A stretch of DNA of 64,000 nucleotides. Source: Patescibacteria group bacterium. GTDB lineage: Bacteria; Patescibacteriota; Patescibacteriia; Patescibacteriales; UBA12465. The DNA is taken from positions 7,735-71,734 of the forward strand of contig JBAZJV010000004.1 of assembly GCA_041651095.1 (NCBI GenBank). The letters run 5' to 3'. Positions 26,116 through 36,624 of this stretch are shown here, piece after piece. Within the stretch, counting starts at the first letter, position 1. Every line of letters begins with the position of its first letter. A program made the position numbers and the translations under genes. Below the pieces are notes generated by a model. It was given only the letters and a program-made list of their open reading frames with translations. It had not been told where the DNA came from and ran no database searches.

Positions 26116-27507
26116 TTAAAATTCCGCGTTCTTGGGCGTGCGCGGGAACGGAATCACGTCCCGGATATTGGCCATGCCGGACAAGTACATGATCAGGCGC
26201 TCAAAGCCCAGGCCGAATCCCGCATGCTTGACCGAGCCGTACTGGCACAGGTCCAGATACCAGGCATAGTCTTCTTTGTTCAGCTTGAGTTCGGCCATCC
26301 GTTGTTCAAGGTTCTCCAGGCGCTCTTCCCGCTGGCTGCCGCCGATGATTTCCCCCACGCCGGGGACGAGCAGGTCCATGGCCGCGACCGTTTTTCCGTC
26401 GTCATTGAGGCGCATATAGAAAGCCTTGATCTCTTTGGGGTAATTCGTAACGAAGACCGGTTTCTTGAAGACCTGATCGGTCAGGTAGCGTTCGTGTTCG
26501 GTCTGCAGGTCGATGCCCCACTTGACCGGATAGACGAATTTTTCACCGGATTTTTCCAGTCGCTCGATAGCCTCGGTATAAGTAATACGCCCGAATTCGG
26601 AATTCAGGATATTATCCAGACGATCCTTGATACCCGGATCGATGAACTTATTGAAGAATTCCATTTCTTCCGGCAATTCTTTCAGGACATGACTAATCAA
26701 ATATTTAAGCATCTGCTCCGCCAGGTCCATGTCTTCGCGCAAGCCGGCGAAAGCCATTTCCGGCTCCATCATCCAGAATTCGGAAGCGTGGCGGGTGGTA
26801 TTGGAATTTTCCGCCCGGAAGGTCGGACCGAAGGTATAGACCTTGTTCAGACCCATAGCCAGGGCTTCGGCGTTGAGCTGGCCGCTTACGGTCAGCCCCG
26901 CTTTCTGGCCGAAAAAATCTTCGGCGTAATTTATTTCTCCGGCTGGCGTCAGCGCCGGTTTTTTCAGGTCCAGAGTCGTCACCTGGAACATCTCGCCGGC
27001 ACCTTCGCAGTCGCTGGTGGAAATTATAGGCGTATGGACATAGCTGAAACCGGCCTCATGAAAAAATTGATGGATCGCGAAACTGAGCTCGGAACGCAGG
27101 CGGAAGACCGCGGAAAAAGTATTGCTGCGGCCGCGCAAGTGGGCGATGGTGCGGAGGAATTCGAAACTGTGCTTCTTTTTCTGGAGCGGATAATCGGCTG
27201 GCGCCAGATTGACGATTTCTATAGTTTTGGCCTTGAGCTCGAAAGCCTGGCCGGCGGCCGGCGACTCAACCAGTTTCCCGCTGACCATTATTGACGAGCC
27301 GACGCTGGCTTTTTCCGCTTCGGTGAAGTTCGGCAAATCCGTGCCGAAGACTATCTGCAGGCCTTTGAAAAAAGTGCCGTCATTAATCTCAATAAAGCCG
27401 AAGTCCTTGGCGCTGCGCGCGGTCCTCACCCAGCCGGCGACGCTGATTTCTTTGTTCAAATGTTCAGTTGTGGAACGATATAAAGATTTGATGCTAGTGA
27501 TTGGCAT
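26116..27507 (-). CDS. asnS: asparaginyl-tRNA synthetase
   Basis: class II motifs incl. [37 protein letters not shown]. Confidence 0.9.
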   Translation of the reverse strand: MPITSIKSLYRSTTEHLNKEISVAGWVRTARSAKDFGFIEINDGTFFKGLQIVFGTDLPNFTEAEKASVGSSIMVSGKLVESPAAGQAFELKAKTIEIVNLAPADYPLQKKKHSFEFLRTIAHLRGRSNTFSAVFRLRSELSFAIHQFFHEAGFSYVHTPIISTSDCEGAGEMFQVTTLDLKKPALTPAGEINYAEDFFGQKAGLTVSGQLNAEALAMGLNKVYTFGPTFRAENSNTTRHASEFWMMEPEMAFAGLREDMDLAEQMLKYLISHVLKELPEEMEFFNKFIDPGIKDRLDNILNSEFGRITYTEAIERLEKSGEKFVYPVKWGIDLQTEHERYLTDQVFKKPVFVTNYPKEIKAFYMRLNDDGKTVAAMDLLVPGVGEIIGGSQREERLENLEQRMAELKLNKEDYAWYLDLCQYGSVKHAGFGLGFERLIMYLSGMANIRDVIPFPRTPKNAEF

Positions 27508-27536
27508 AAGGCGTTGCTTAAGTGATAGCGCCGAGC

Positions 27537-29330
27537 TTACTTTTTCTTCCGGACCGGCGCGATATAGAGTTCGTCTAATTGCTTAGGGCTGACTTCGCTC
27601 GGCGAATCGGTCATCAGGTCGCGGCCCTGGCCGTCTTTGGGGAAAGCATAGATATCGCGGATAGAATCCCAGTCATTCAAGACCATGAGGATCCGGTCGA
27701 TGCCCGGGGCATTGCCGCCGTGCGGCGGCGCGCCATAGGAGAAAGCGTTGATCATCGCCCCGAACTTATGGTCTACTTCTTCCTTGGTGTAGCCGGCAAT
27801 AGCGAAAGCTTTATACATGATTTCCGGATCATGGTTACGGATGGCGCCGCTCGACGCTTCAAAACCGTTAATCACCAGGTCATATTGATAGGCCAGAACC
27901 TCCAAGGGAGCCTGCTCCTCTAAGGCTTTCAACCCGCCTTGGGGCATGGAAAAAGGATTATGTCCGAAATCGATGCGGCCTTCTTCTATTTCCGAGTAAT
28001 CGTACATCGGGAAATCTACGATCCAGAGCCAGGCCGCCAGATTATTGTCTTTCAGGTTCAAACGGTTGGCTACTTCGCTTCTAACCACGCCTAAGACCGC
28101 GCAGACCGTGCGCCAGCTGTCGGCGCCGAAAAAGACGATGTCGCCGTCCTGGGCAGCGCAAGCTTTGACAATAGCCTGCAATTTTTCCGGCGTCATAAAT
28201 TTCACGATCGGCGAACTTAGCTCGTTATTCTTCAAGGTCAGATAGGCCAGACCCTTGGCGCCTTTCTGCTTGGCCAGTTCGGTCAGCTCGTCTATTTCCT
28301 TGCGGGTGAATTTCGCGCCGCCGTCTATTTTCAAGGCATGGACAACGCCGTTATTTTTCAGAGCGTCGGTAAAGACCGAGAAGCCGCAGTCTTGCGCTAA
28401 TTCGGAAACATCCTTGATCTCCAGATCAAAGCGCAGATCCGGCTTATCCGTGCCATATTTATCCATGGCGTCGCGCCAGGATAGTTTTAAGAAACGGCCG
28501 TCCGGCGCCAGCTTGACAATCTTCTTCCGGCTGAATTTCTCGGTCAATTCTTTCATGAGCGGTTCCATGACCTGAAAAACGTCTTCCTGTTCCACGAAGC
28601 TCATTTCCATGTCCAGTTGGTAGAACTCGCCATAGTGACGGTCCATGCGCGGATCTTCGTCGCGGAAGCAGGGCGCTATTTGGAAATACTTGTCCACGCC
28701 GCCGACCATGAGCAACTGCTTGAACTGTTGCGGCGCCTGCGGCAAGGCATAGAACTTGCCGGGATACATGCGGGACGGCACCAGGAAGTCGCGCGCGCCT
28801 TCGGGCGAAGAATTAGCCAGGATCGGAGTCTGGACTTCCACGAAATCCAATTTATGGAAGTAGTCGCGGATATAAGCGATGAACTGGTCCTTGACGCGTA
28901 GCATTTCCTGGAGTTTGGGCCGGCGCAGATCAATGAAGCGGTATTTCAGGCGCAAGGCCTCGTTCGCTTCGGCGTTCTTTTCCTCGTTGATTTCAAAGGG
29001 CAGAGTCTTGGCCTGGCCCAGAATCTCAATTTCGGAAGCGATAACTTCTATTTCGCCGGTCGAAGTTTTCGGATTGACCATATCAGCCGGGCGGGCCTTG
29101 ACCTCGCCGCTAACTTTTATCACCCATTCATCATGCAATTTACCGGCCGTAGCGATATCGGCCTGGCTGGTGGTCTCGTCGAACCTGACCTGGGTAAAGC
29201 CGTAGCGGTCGCGCAGGTCCACAAAAATCAGAGCGCCGTGGTTCCGGACACTGTTCACCCAGCCGGCCAAGACGACTTTTTGGCCAACTTTAGATTTATT
29301 TAATTCTCCGCAAGTGTGGGTTCTTAACAT
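27537..29330 (-). CDS. aspS: aspartyl-tRNA synthetase (with GAD insertion domain)
   Basis: class II motifs [24 protein letters not shown], length 597 aa. Confidence 0.9.
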   Translation of the reverse strand: MLRTHTCGELNKSKVGQKVVLAGWVNSVRNHGALIFVDLRDRYGFTQVRFDETTSQADIATAGKLHDEWVIKVSGEVKARPADMVNPKTSTGEIEVIASEIEILGQAKTLPFEINEEKNAEANEALRLKYRFIDLRRPKLQEMLRVKDQFIAYIRDYFHKLDFVEVQTPILANSSPEGARDFLVPSRMYPGKFYALPQAPQQFKQLLMVGGVDKYFQIAPCFRDEDPRMDRHYGEFYQLDMEMSFVEQEDVFQVMEPLMKELTEKFSRKKIVKLAPDGRFLKLSWRDAMDKYGTDKPDLRFDLEIKDVSELAQDCGFSVFTDALKNNGVVHALKIDGGAKFTRKEIDELTELAKQKGAKGLAYLTLKNNELSSPIVKFMTPEKLQAIVKACAAQDGDIVFFGADSWRTVCAVLGVVRSEVANRLNLKDNNLAAWLWIVDFPMYDYSEIEEGRIDFGHNPFSMPQGGLKALEEQAPLEVLAYQYDLVINGFEASSGAIRNHDPEIMYKAFAIAGYTKEEVDHKFGAMINAFSYGAPPHGGNAPGIDRILMVLNDWDSIRDIYAFPKDGQGRDLMTDSPSEVSPKQLDELYIAPVRKKK

Positions 29331-29609
29331 AGCTTTGTTAATAAAAAACTAACGAAAATACTCGTTTATTGAACCAATCTGTCTTATTTTGCTGTTAAAA
29401 TTTTAACTGATTTTAAGGATTTAAGCAAGAAAAAAGGGCGGCTACAAGTTAAGATACTATTTCTATTGACATTATTTATAATATATGTTATTATATCCTA
29501 ATGATCTTTAAAATCAGGGAATAAATAGGTTGGTGATTTCAGTTCCCTTACCGACCAAGGTGTCTGAAACCACTAACTTATTTATTTACCAACTAAACCA
29601 GGAAGAGCC

Positions 29610-30137
29610 ATGAAAACCAGAATCATCACTTTCGTTCTTATCCTTATTACCATTTTATTAACTGCTTCGATTTCCAGCGCCCAAGAAGAATACAGCGGCC
29701 CGCTCGGACACGGCACCGGATATTATACCAAGACTGCCGATTCAACCGCGCACAAATATTATTTCACCTGGAAATCTTACACGAACTCGGATGGCTATAT
29801 CCAGATCGAAATGGATGTGGCTATTAAGCAATCTGATGCGAACGTCATTAAAAAATTCCGCGATCAGATGAATCGTGACGGAGTCTGGGATGCAACGGTC
29901 ACGCCCACCAATTCCACCACCTGGATCGGTACGTCTAATGACATTTTCTGTCTTGATCGCCTCAGCAAAAAATATTTTCACCTGGGTAAAGAACAGAAAG
30001 TAGCGGGCGGCGGCACCACAGCACCATTAATCTTCCACTACCGGACTTTAAAAAGGGATTATCTCGAAAGAATCAGCCGGGCTCTTAATAACCGACTAAT
30101 CTTCTACGTTGCGGAATTGGGAGAAACAAAAGGATAA
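29610..30137 (+). CDS. hypothetical secreted protein (signal peptide), low GC
   Basis: MKTRIITFVLILITILLTASISSAQE signal peptide. Confidence 0.5.
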   Translation: MKTRIITFVLILITILLTASISSAQEEYSGPLGHGTGYYTKTADSTAHKYYFTWKSYTNSDGYIQIEMDVAIKQSDANVIKKFRDQMNRDGVWDATVTPTNSTTWIGTSNDIFCLDRLSKKYFHLGKEQKVAGGGTTAPLIFHYRTLKRDYLERISRALNNRLIFYVAELGETKG

Positions 30138-30156
30138 GCTTTCCGAGAATTTATCA

Positions 30157-30243
30157 AAAACCGTCGAATGCATTAAGCAAACGACGGTTTTTAAATTTAA
30201 TGCTATTTTTACAAAAACGGCCAGATCGCTCTGGCCGTTTTAC
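30157..30243. terminator. two tandem bidirectional terminator hairpins between convergent genes
   Basis: AAACCGTCG...CGACGGTTT and ACGGCCAG...CTGGCCGT each flanked by A/T runs. Confidence 0.5.
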
Positions 30244-30260
30244 ATTTTTAACAGTTACTT

Positions 30261-33200
30261 TTACTTTTTTAAATGCTTGCCGGCCGCCCTGATAATCAAA
30301 TCCGGACTCAGATTAGAAGAGCCAATCAATTCCCCGTTATCGTCAACGTAATATCCACTATTCGGCGTCCAGGCTCGGTCGTAAGTGCCGCGGTTCTTGG
30401 CATATGATTCTCTCGCTTTTTTGTGGATAATCCGTTCCGTCTTGGCATTAGACCAGCGGACTGGATCGCCCAAGATGAGCATGACATCAGGAGTGCCTAA
30501 AGCGGCGGCATAGTGTCCCAAGCCAGTATCAGGAGTTAACACAACATCGGCCATAGACATTATCGCGTTGACATTCTCCACCGGCTCCTTGACTAAACTA
30601 ACCCGACCGGTATCCTTAGCCAGTTTTTCCACCAGCGGATTATAGCGTTCTTGGCGCTGCTTATTCGGGTCTTCCATGAACAGTACCTTGGACTTGGGGT
30701 GTTCTTTCAAGATGCCCTTGATCGCTAGCGCCCATTTTGCCGGCTCATATTCCTTAGGCATGACGCCGGAGCCGGCCGAAACAACGATAATATTTTCATC
30801 ATCGGCAACCTTATATTTCTTTTTCAATTCAGCGGAGATCTTATCGTGATCTTTGCCCTTCTCCAGATAGTGGTCCATCTTGTTGATATCCGGGAACAGT
30901 TTCTGGCCGAACATGACTTCGAAATTCCGCATAATCCGGGCTGGGATCGGATCGTATTTTTCCGTCAGGCCGCGGCGCTTAGGTATTTCTTCCTTGACCC
31001 AGCTTGACCAGTCAACCGACATCACGTGTGAAGGATCATCCGAATCGTTATCGTCCAGATTGAGCAGCCCATACTGCTCGAACTCTTTATGGGCATTAAT
31101 GATGAATTTTTCTTTATGGTCATTGGCGAAAGCGGCGCGCAGGGGCCGGAAATTCTCCGCCTCATTCTCATTGCGCCGACCTAATTCTATCAGTTCGACT
31201 TTGCCTGGGAACTGGTCGACTAGGCATTGGAACAGTTTCATTCCAGTCTTCGATACCGCCAATTTGATCGGCTTGTCGAATTTATTTTCCTCCAAGTAAC
31301 GCTCAACCGCTAAAACGATCGGGGTAGTCACGACTTCGTCGCCGATCGGGTCGTCCAAGAGTATCACTATTTCTTCCGCCCGTTCAATACCTTTAACAAG
31401 CGGTGACTCTTTATAGAACTCCGGCGGGAACGGCTTGTCGCCGACCTTCGCTTCGCTGAGGAAAATATTATCAATCTGGTTTTGCAGCCGGCCGATCTGC
31501 AAGCCGACATAATCTTCAGCGCTCAAAGGAGCGCCACTATTGCGCTGCTCATTGTAATGTCGGCAATCACCGGCTATTTTAGTTTTGTCTGCTTCGCTCA
31601 ATTCGTCATAATTTACGTAGAATCTTAGCTGATCAAGCACGAAACCATATTTCTTATATTTCGGATCCTGCTTCAGAGTCTCTACCAATTTAAGGAATTT
31701 ATCTCCCTGGTCGCGGTAATCCTGCAATTCCCGATTATCGCTCTTTAATTTGACGCTCGTATCGTAATTACTGTTATCCAGAGTAATAAACAATGGCTTA
31801 CGCTTCTTGCCGGCATCCTGTTCAGGGGCGGCCTGAGTATCGGTGCTGAGAATTTTTTTCAAAGCCACCAAATCGACATTGCTCGGATTGCCGCGATACA
31901 GCTTCAGCTCCTGGCGGTCTTTCTTCAGGCTGCCGCTATAGCCGTAATAATCGCCATAATAGCCGGACGGAAATTCTATCGGCTCGGCCGCTTTCTGCTT
32001 CTCTAACGGCGTCCGCCAGCCGACCGGAATAAACGGCGGCCAGTCGGTATCGCGACCCACGTCCAGCAAAGTCGCCGTGCCTAAGTCGGGCGGCGTATTG
32101 ACGACCTCGCTGGCATCGACGCCTTTCAGGCCTTCGCCCACCGCGGTGGCAAAGACATGGACATTCTCCGCGCCGTCCTTGCCCAGACCGGCGGAGACGG
32201 CCACTTCGGCAAATTTGGCTTTGAGCACGGCATGGCCGTCCTTCTCGCCGAATAATAATTTGCCCAGCTCGCTGCCTCGTTCCACGCTGATCTTGCCGGT
32301 CGTCGGATCGACCGGAATCTCAATTACCTGATGCTGCGTGCCGCTCGATAGCGAGAATAAAAACTTCATCTTCCCTTCCTTGATCAGCTCCGCGGCGTTC
32401 TCGCTCAGCTTGACGCCGTTAACGGTTTCAAACGAACCGTCCGGCGTCATCCGGATGGCCGCCATTTCATAGCTATTAGTCTGCAAATTGATGCCGCTCC
32501 CCTTATCGCCGGCCCAGGTTTCGCGCAGTTCGTTCAAATCCGCGCCGTGCCATTTGCCGTCCGCCCCCTGATACATCGGGGTATCGTTGGCATACCACAG
32601 GCCGCGACGCACTTCCTTGAACATTTCCGGATGCTTATTGACATAGTCTTCCGGCCCGATATGCGTTTCCGTAGTGACGCTATGGCCGGATTCGATCAGA
32701 TACTGGCTATCGCTGACGCCGATATGCTCATTAGCTAAAATCTGCTTAGCTTCCTCGGTCAAGGAACCGTCCGGATTGACCTGCAAATGCTCGGCTAAAA
32801 TTTCCGAACCGCGCACCAGATTGAATGAGCCGTCTGGATTAGGCAGCCAGCTGCAATTGGCCGGCATTTTGATCAAACCGTGCTCTACTGCTATTTCCTG
32901 CAGCTTGCCCGGATTGCTATGGCCGGTCAAAAAATTCTTTAAACTCTCTAAAGCCGTATCGCGGTCGCCGATCGCCCGGTTATTGCCCTTAATCAAGTTT
33001 TCTGCCAAACCTTCCTGCTTGTCACTGAGCAAAGCAAAACCTTCCTGCGCTACTAAACCGATAGTGAGGCCGGCGACGGTGCTCTGAGCCACCTTCTTAA
33101 AAACTTCCTTATTCCTATGCTTATTAAAAGCCTTGTCTTTAACGGCTAAACCGGTATCGGCATCGCCGATCAGATCATTGCGATATAAAGCTGTCAGATC

Positions 33201-34859
33201 TGCCAAGCGCTGCTCCCAGCCTTGATTAAGCCCGGCCGGCAGCTTGCTCAACTGCTGTTTGGCCTGCCACTTGGCCTGCAGCAGGGCCTGCCGTTCGGAT
33301 TCGACATTAGCCAGGCCGGAATAGCTGATCAAATCTATTTTCCTTTCATTGGACAGGGCCAACCGGGCCTCGATTTCCGCCAGATTGTTCAGGGCTTTTT
33401 CCATTTCCTCGGCCGTTTCCGGCGCCTTGGCCAGGCTGGCGGTCAAATCCTCGTGCAAATTAGCGGCGCTCTTTTTCCGGTAGATAAAGCTGGCTTGAGA
33501 ATCTAATTTTTCTTTTTCCTGCTGCAAACTCTTGAGATTCTTGTCTATCTTCTTAAGTTCTTTCTTATCGGTCGTCGTCTGCTTGGCATTTTCCAAGGCG
33601 CCGATCTCGTCAGCCAGGCGGTTCCTGTCCGCCTGGATATTTAAATCCTGGACGGCGGAACGCGCTTCCAGAGTCTGGCGCTCCCGCTTCTGCATCTGGC
33701 TTTCCTTGATGCCGGTATAGAGTCCGGAAACGCCGGCCGCGAGGCCCAAAGTGCCGATGGCGGCGGCTTTGGAGCGCAAGATACGTTGGGATACGAAAGC
33801 GCCGGCCGAATAGGCCAGTCCGACGCTGACAGCCAGCGTGGTCTCATTGACCAGGCTGCCTAATTTGGTCCGGCGCAGTTTCTCGACGGTTTTCTCCGCG
33901 ATATTATAATGGGTTTCCGTCTTGACGCCTTCCTTGGCGCGGCCTAAGACCAGTTCGACGTCGAAATCGAAAGCGGCCAGCTTGGCCTGATGGTCGGCCG
34001 CCTGCTTGATATTATCCTTGATCTCCTTGACCTGTTCGGCAATGGCTAGAAAATTATCGACGTACATCTCGCTCTGCTTGATCGTCGTCTGGTCGCCGCT
34101 TTTTTCAATGGCGGCGAAAATCTGCCGCTTCTCGCCCTCGAAAGCGGCTTGGTCCAATTTGCCGTCGGCGTAATCATTGATGATGCGCTTCAAGTCGGTT
34201 TTTATCTTTTGCGTTTCCGGATTATCAGCCAAGCTTTCTTTCTTCTCGCCCAGATTTTCTTCGACTAATTCCTTGATATCGGAAGTAAAGCGGGACAAGA
34301 TCGCCGTTTCGAAATTCTGCTGCATCGCCGCCTTATCGGCTGCGCTTGATTTCTCTCCGGCGTAGAGATTGCCGGTTTTTAAAATTTCCTGCTTGCTCTT
34401 GACCCGGGCTTGCTCATGCAGATACTGCTCGGCATAATTATATTTCCAAATCCGCTTGATCGCTCCCTTGAAGCCTTTGAGTTCCGCTTTCTCCGCGGTC
34501 ATAGTCTCGGAAGCGGCGCGATGGGCCCGGCTGCGCAGGATCTCAGAGGTATCGACCACGCCGGCCTTAAATACCAGCTTCTTGGTCTGATCCAACTGGT
34601 TCAGGGAATCTTGCTTGGCCGTGTCCAAGCCAACGGCAGCATCACCAATCGCTGCCTCGGCGTCCGGTTGCTGCTTAGCCGGCAAATCCTTGGCTTCCAC
34701 AGCGGGCGGCGTCAATTCCCGGCCTTTGATTGCGGCCGCCGTAGCGTTCAGCTGCTGTTCCACGGCCGCCGACTCGGTTTCGGAAACTGCCTGGTCCGGC
34801 CGTGATTTCTGTTCTTTAAGATTGAAAAATTTTTTTAAACCAGAATAAAATTTATCCAT
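30261..34859 (-). CDS. giant (1532 aa) membrane-anchored coiled-coil protein with PDGS-repeat middle region and C-terminal GT9 (ADP-heptose heptosyltransferase-like) glycosyltransferase domain
   Basis: uninterrupted ORF; TM hairpin aa ~333-383; coiled-coil-like K/E/Q-rich N-half; repeats NPDGSFNLVRGSEILAE / NPDGSLTEEAKQILA / TPDGSFETVNGVKLSENAAELI; C-terminal ~371 aa (nt ~30264-31376) with GT9 motifs IVILLDDPIGDEVVTTPIVLAV and VVLTPDTGLGHYAAALGTPDVMLILGDP (cf. WaaC VVSVDTGLSHLTAALDRPNITVYGPTDP). Confidence 0.8.
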   Translation of the reverse strand: MDKFYSGLKKFFNLKEQKSRPDQAVSETESAAVEQQLNATAAAIKGRELTPPAVEAKDLPAKQQPDAEAAIGDAAVGLDTAKQDSLNQLDQTKKLVFKAGVVDTSEILRSRAHRAASETMTAEKAELKGFKGAIKRIWKYNYAEQYLHEQARVKSKQEILKTGNLYAGEKSSAADKAAMQQNFETAILSRFTSDIKELVEENLGEKKESLADNPETQKIKTDLKRIINDYADGKLDQAAFEGEKRQIFAAIEKSGDQTTIKQSEMYVDNFLAIAEQVKEIKDNIKQAADHQAKLAAFDFDVELVLGRAKEGVKTETHYNIAEKTVEKLRRTKLGSLVNETTLAVSVGLAYSAGAFVSQRILRSKAAAIGTLGLAAGVSGLYTGIKESQMQKRERQTLEARSAVQDLNIQADRNRLADEIGALENAKQTTTDKKELKKIDKNLKSLQQEKEKLDSQASFIYRKKSAANLHEDLTASLAKAPETAEEMEKALNNLAEIEARLALSNERKIDLISYSGLANVESERQALLQAKWQAKQQLSKLPAGLNQGWEQRLADLTALYRNDLIGDADTGLAVKDKAFNKHRNKEVFKKVAQSTVAGLTIGLVAQEGFALLSDKQEGLAENLIKGNNRAIGDRDTALESLKNFLTGHSNPGKLQEIAVEHGLIKMPANCSWLPNPDGSFNLVRGSEILAEHLQVNPDGSLTEEAKQILANEHIGVSDSQYLIESGHSVTTETHIGPEDYVNKHPEMFKEVRRGLWYANDTPMYQGADGKWHGADLNELRETWAGDKGSGINLQTNSYEMAAIRMTPDGSFETVNGVKLSENAAELIKEGKMKFLFSLSSGTQHQVIEIPVDPTTGKISVERGSELGKLLFGEKDGHAVLKAKFAEVAVSAGLGKDGAENVHVFATAVGEGLKGVDASEVVNTPPDLGTATLLDVGRDTDWPPFIPVGWRTPLEKQKAAEPIEFPSGYYGDYYGYSGSLKKDRQELKLYRGNPSNVDLVALKKILSTDTQAAPEQDAGKKRKPLFITLDNSNYDTSVKLKSDNRELQDYRDQGDKFLKLVETLKQDPKYKKYGFVLDQLRFYVNYDELSEADKTKIAGDCRHYNEQRNSGAPLSAEDYVGLQIGRLQNQIDNIFLSEAKVGDKPFPPEFYKESPLVKGIERAEEIVILLDDPIGDEVVTTPIVLAVERYLEENKFDKPIKLAVSKTGMKLFQCLVDQFPGKVELIELGRRNENEAENFRPLRAAFANDHKEKFIINAHKEFEQYGLLNLDDNDSDDPSHVMSVDWSSWVKEEIPKRRGLTEKYDPIPARIMRNFEVMFGQKLFPDINKMDHYLEKGKDHDKISAELKKKYKVADDENIIVVSAGSGVMPKEYEPAKWALAIKGILKEHPKSKVLFMEDPNKQRQERYNPLVEKLAKDTGRVSLVKEPVENVNAIMSMADVVLTPDTGLGHYAAALGTPDVMLILGDPVRWSNAKTERIIHKKARESYAKNRGTYDRAWTPNSGYYVDDNGELIGSSNLSPDLIIRAAGKHLKK

Positions 34860-34870
34860 ATATTTATAAA

Positions 34871-34893
34871 ATCCGGCCTTAAATAAGCCGGAT
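34871..34893 (-). promoter_or_regulatory. stable hairpin (ATCCGGC/GCCGGAT) immediately upstream of the giant gene start: terminator of the upstream small ORF or 5' attenuator
   Basis: minus strand AATCCGGCTTATTTAAGGCCGGATTTTATAAATATATG. Confidence 0.35.
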
Positions 34894-35069
34894 TATTCCT
34901 TACTGCTTCCTAAATCGCTTCTTAACTGCGCCAGCCGGTCCTGGTCGGCTGCTTGCAACAGCGCCGCCAACTTGGCGTCGCGCTTGGCTTCGATAACCGC
35001 CACGCGCCGCGAAAAATCCTGATAGATATCATTGATCAATCTGATTTTGTCCTGATCCGATAAAGGCAT
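34893..35069 (-). CDS. small hypothetical protein (58 aa) MPLSDQDKIRLINDIYQDFSRRVAVIEAKRDAKLAALLQAADQDRLAQLRSDLGSSKE
   Basis: ORF below track cutoff between 35087-35404 gene and the giant gene; helical/charged. Confidence 0.3.
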   Translation of the reverse strand: MPLSDQDKIRLINDIYQDFSRRVAVIEAKRDAKLAALLQAADQDRLAQLRSDLGSSKE

Positions 35070-35086
35070 AATTAATCAAGATTTTT

Positions 35087-35404
35087 TTAACCTAAATAAG
35101 AAGCTCGAAACTCCATCAGCGCCTGGGCGACCAACTGCTCCAGGTCCGGAATGCTGGCCTTGATGAAAGACTGCAGCGCCTCGGCGTCAGGCTGTTCCAT
35201 CAGCCGGTTGAACTCTTCCAATTTATCCGCCGGGATATTGTCGAAGATAGCCGCCTTGATCTTGTCTTCGGCCCGAGCGGCCAGGTCGGCTTTGGCCTGT
35301 TGGAGCGTTTCCGGCTCCAGATTAGCCAGCTTCTTCTCGGCCAATAGGCGATCGACGAACTGCTCGACGGCCGGAGAGAAATTTTGATTGCTCATATTAG
35401 TCAA
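35087..35404 (-). CDS. hypothetical protein (105 aa, helical)
   Basis: ORF only. Confidence 0.45.
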   Translation of the reverse strand: MTNMSNQNFSPAVEQFVDRLLAEKKLANLEPETLQQAKADLAARAEDKIKAAIFDNIPADKLEEFNRLMEQPDAEALQSFIKASIPDLEQLVAQALMEFRASYLG

Positions 35405-35477
35405 ATTAATTTTGCCCTTACGGGCGATAAATTTTGCTTATGATAGCTATATTGATTATAACATGTAGCGGTGAAAA

Positions 35478-36221
35478 TCAGAAATTATAATCCAGGAAAC
35501 GGCGGGCTAAATCGATTATCTCTTTATTCGTCTTTTTATCTATCCTGACCTTGGTTATTTCGGCCAAACTATACCCCAATATAAATCTGATCATTTTAAC
35601 ACAATTATCGGAAACTGTCAATAAATAATTACTATTAAAATCCGGCCGTTTCTGATCGGCCAGAAAGCAATCCGGACAGATTAAACCGCCTTTGAGCAAA
35701 TGAAAATAATTAAGGCCCGGCTCAATGGGCTTATGGCAATCCAGACAGCGATATATTTCCGGCTGATAGCCTAATTCCACTAATAGGCGCCAGATGAAAA
35801 AAGATAAGAACAGGTCCCCCTGCTCCGCTCGGAAGCCGGCCAGGCATTCCAAGGCGTTGAGCCAATCCGCCAATAAAAAGAACAGGCATTCTTCCGCCTG
35901 GTTCTCGCCGACCCGTTGGTTCAGGATCCGCAAGGCTTGCCCGGCATAATATAATTTATTCAGATCATTCCTGATACCTTGATAAAATTTCCGGCCGCTG
36001 GCGCCGGCTAAGTAATCAAAGCCTTTGCCGGCCACGATCATGATATCGGACAAGGTGAGCGGCTCCAGGTGTCCCGCCAGCTTGGAGCCCGGCTTCTGCG
36101 TGCCGCGGGCGACCAGGCTGAGCTTGCCGGCTGATGGGCTATAAACCGTTACTAAGGAGTCGGCCTCGCGGTAAGGCTGGCGATTCAGGATAAGGGCGGC
36201 GGTAGTCCTGGTATTTTCCAT
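35478..36221 (-). CDS. recO: DNA repair protein RecO
   Basis: N-terminal OB-fold pattern and C-terminal zinc motif CLDCHKPI...ICPDC. Confidence 0.8.
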   Translation of the reverse strand: MENTRTTAALILNRQPYREADSLVTVYSPSAGKLSLVARGTQKPGSKLAGHLEPLTLSDIMIVAGKGFDYLAGASGRKFYQGIRNDLNKLYYAGQALRILNQRVGENQAEECLFFLLADWLNALECLAGFRAEQGDLFLSFFIWRLLVELGYQPEIYRCLDCHKPIEPGLNYFHLLKGGLICPDCFLADQKRPDFNSNYLLTVSDNCVKMIRFILGYSLAEITKVRIDKKTNKEIIDLARRFLDYNF

Positions 36222-36235
36222 ATGATCTCCGGGAA

Positions 36236-36619
36236 TTAATGCTCGTCCAGATAGTCTTGCAGGATAAGCGTCGCGGCGATCTCGTCGCGCTGGGCTTTCT
36301 CGGCCTCGCTGCCCTCCAGGGAATCGGCCGCCTGACTGGTCAGCCTCTCATCAGCCAGCTCCACCGGCCGGCCGCCACGCTCCCGCAGCTGGACCAGAAA
36401 ATCCTGCCATAACGGATTATCGGCGGCGGCGCCGTTCATTTTTTTCGGCGCGCCGAGCACGATGACGTCTATTTCCTCTTCTTTCACGGCACTCAGCACT
36501 GCCGCCAGGGTGCTCACGGTCCTGAGCGGCAAAGCCAGGCTGACTTCGCTGTCCGCCGTAGCCAGGCCGATGCGTTTTTCGCCCCAGTCAATGCCGAGGT
36601 ATTTTGTCACTTTCTCCAT
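36236..36619 (-). CDS. ruvX: Holliday junction resolvase-like RuvX/YqgF
   Basis: YLGIDWGEKRIGLA N-terminus. Confidence 0.85.
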   Translation of the reverse strand: MEKVTKYLGIDWGEKRIGLATADSEVSLALPLRTVSTLAAVLSAVKEEEIDVIVLGAPKKMNGAAADNPLWQDFLVQLRERGGRPVELADERLTSQAADSLEGSEAEKAQRDEIAATLILQDYLDEH

Positions 36620-36624
36620 ATGGC

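Noticed and set aside
26005-27294. 429-aa plus-strand ORF, and similar long antisense ORFs (7030-7686, 20747-21364, 21006-21383, 42784-43344, 49156-49815, 50822-51637, 52586-53113, 57182-57835, 60104-60754, 62881-63498)
   Set aside because: They lie antisense to well-supported conserved genes (asnS, dnaG, r-proteins, tuf, fusA, comEC). They are typical open antisense frames in GC-rich coding DNA and carry no recognisable motifs.
30261-34859. Giant ORF as a run-through or assembly artifact of several genes
   Set aside because: There are no internal stops in 4.6 kb, codon and GC usage are consistent, and the domain succession (coiled coil, TM, repeats, GT9) is coherent. Read-level data are still needed to confirm.
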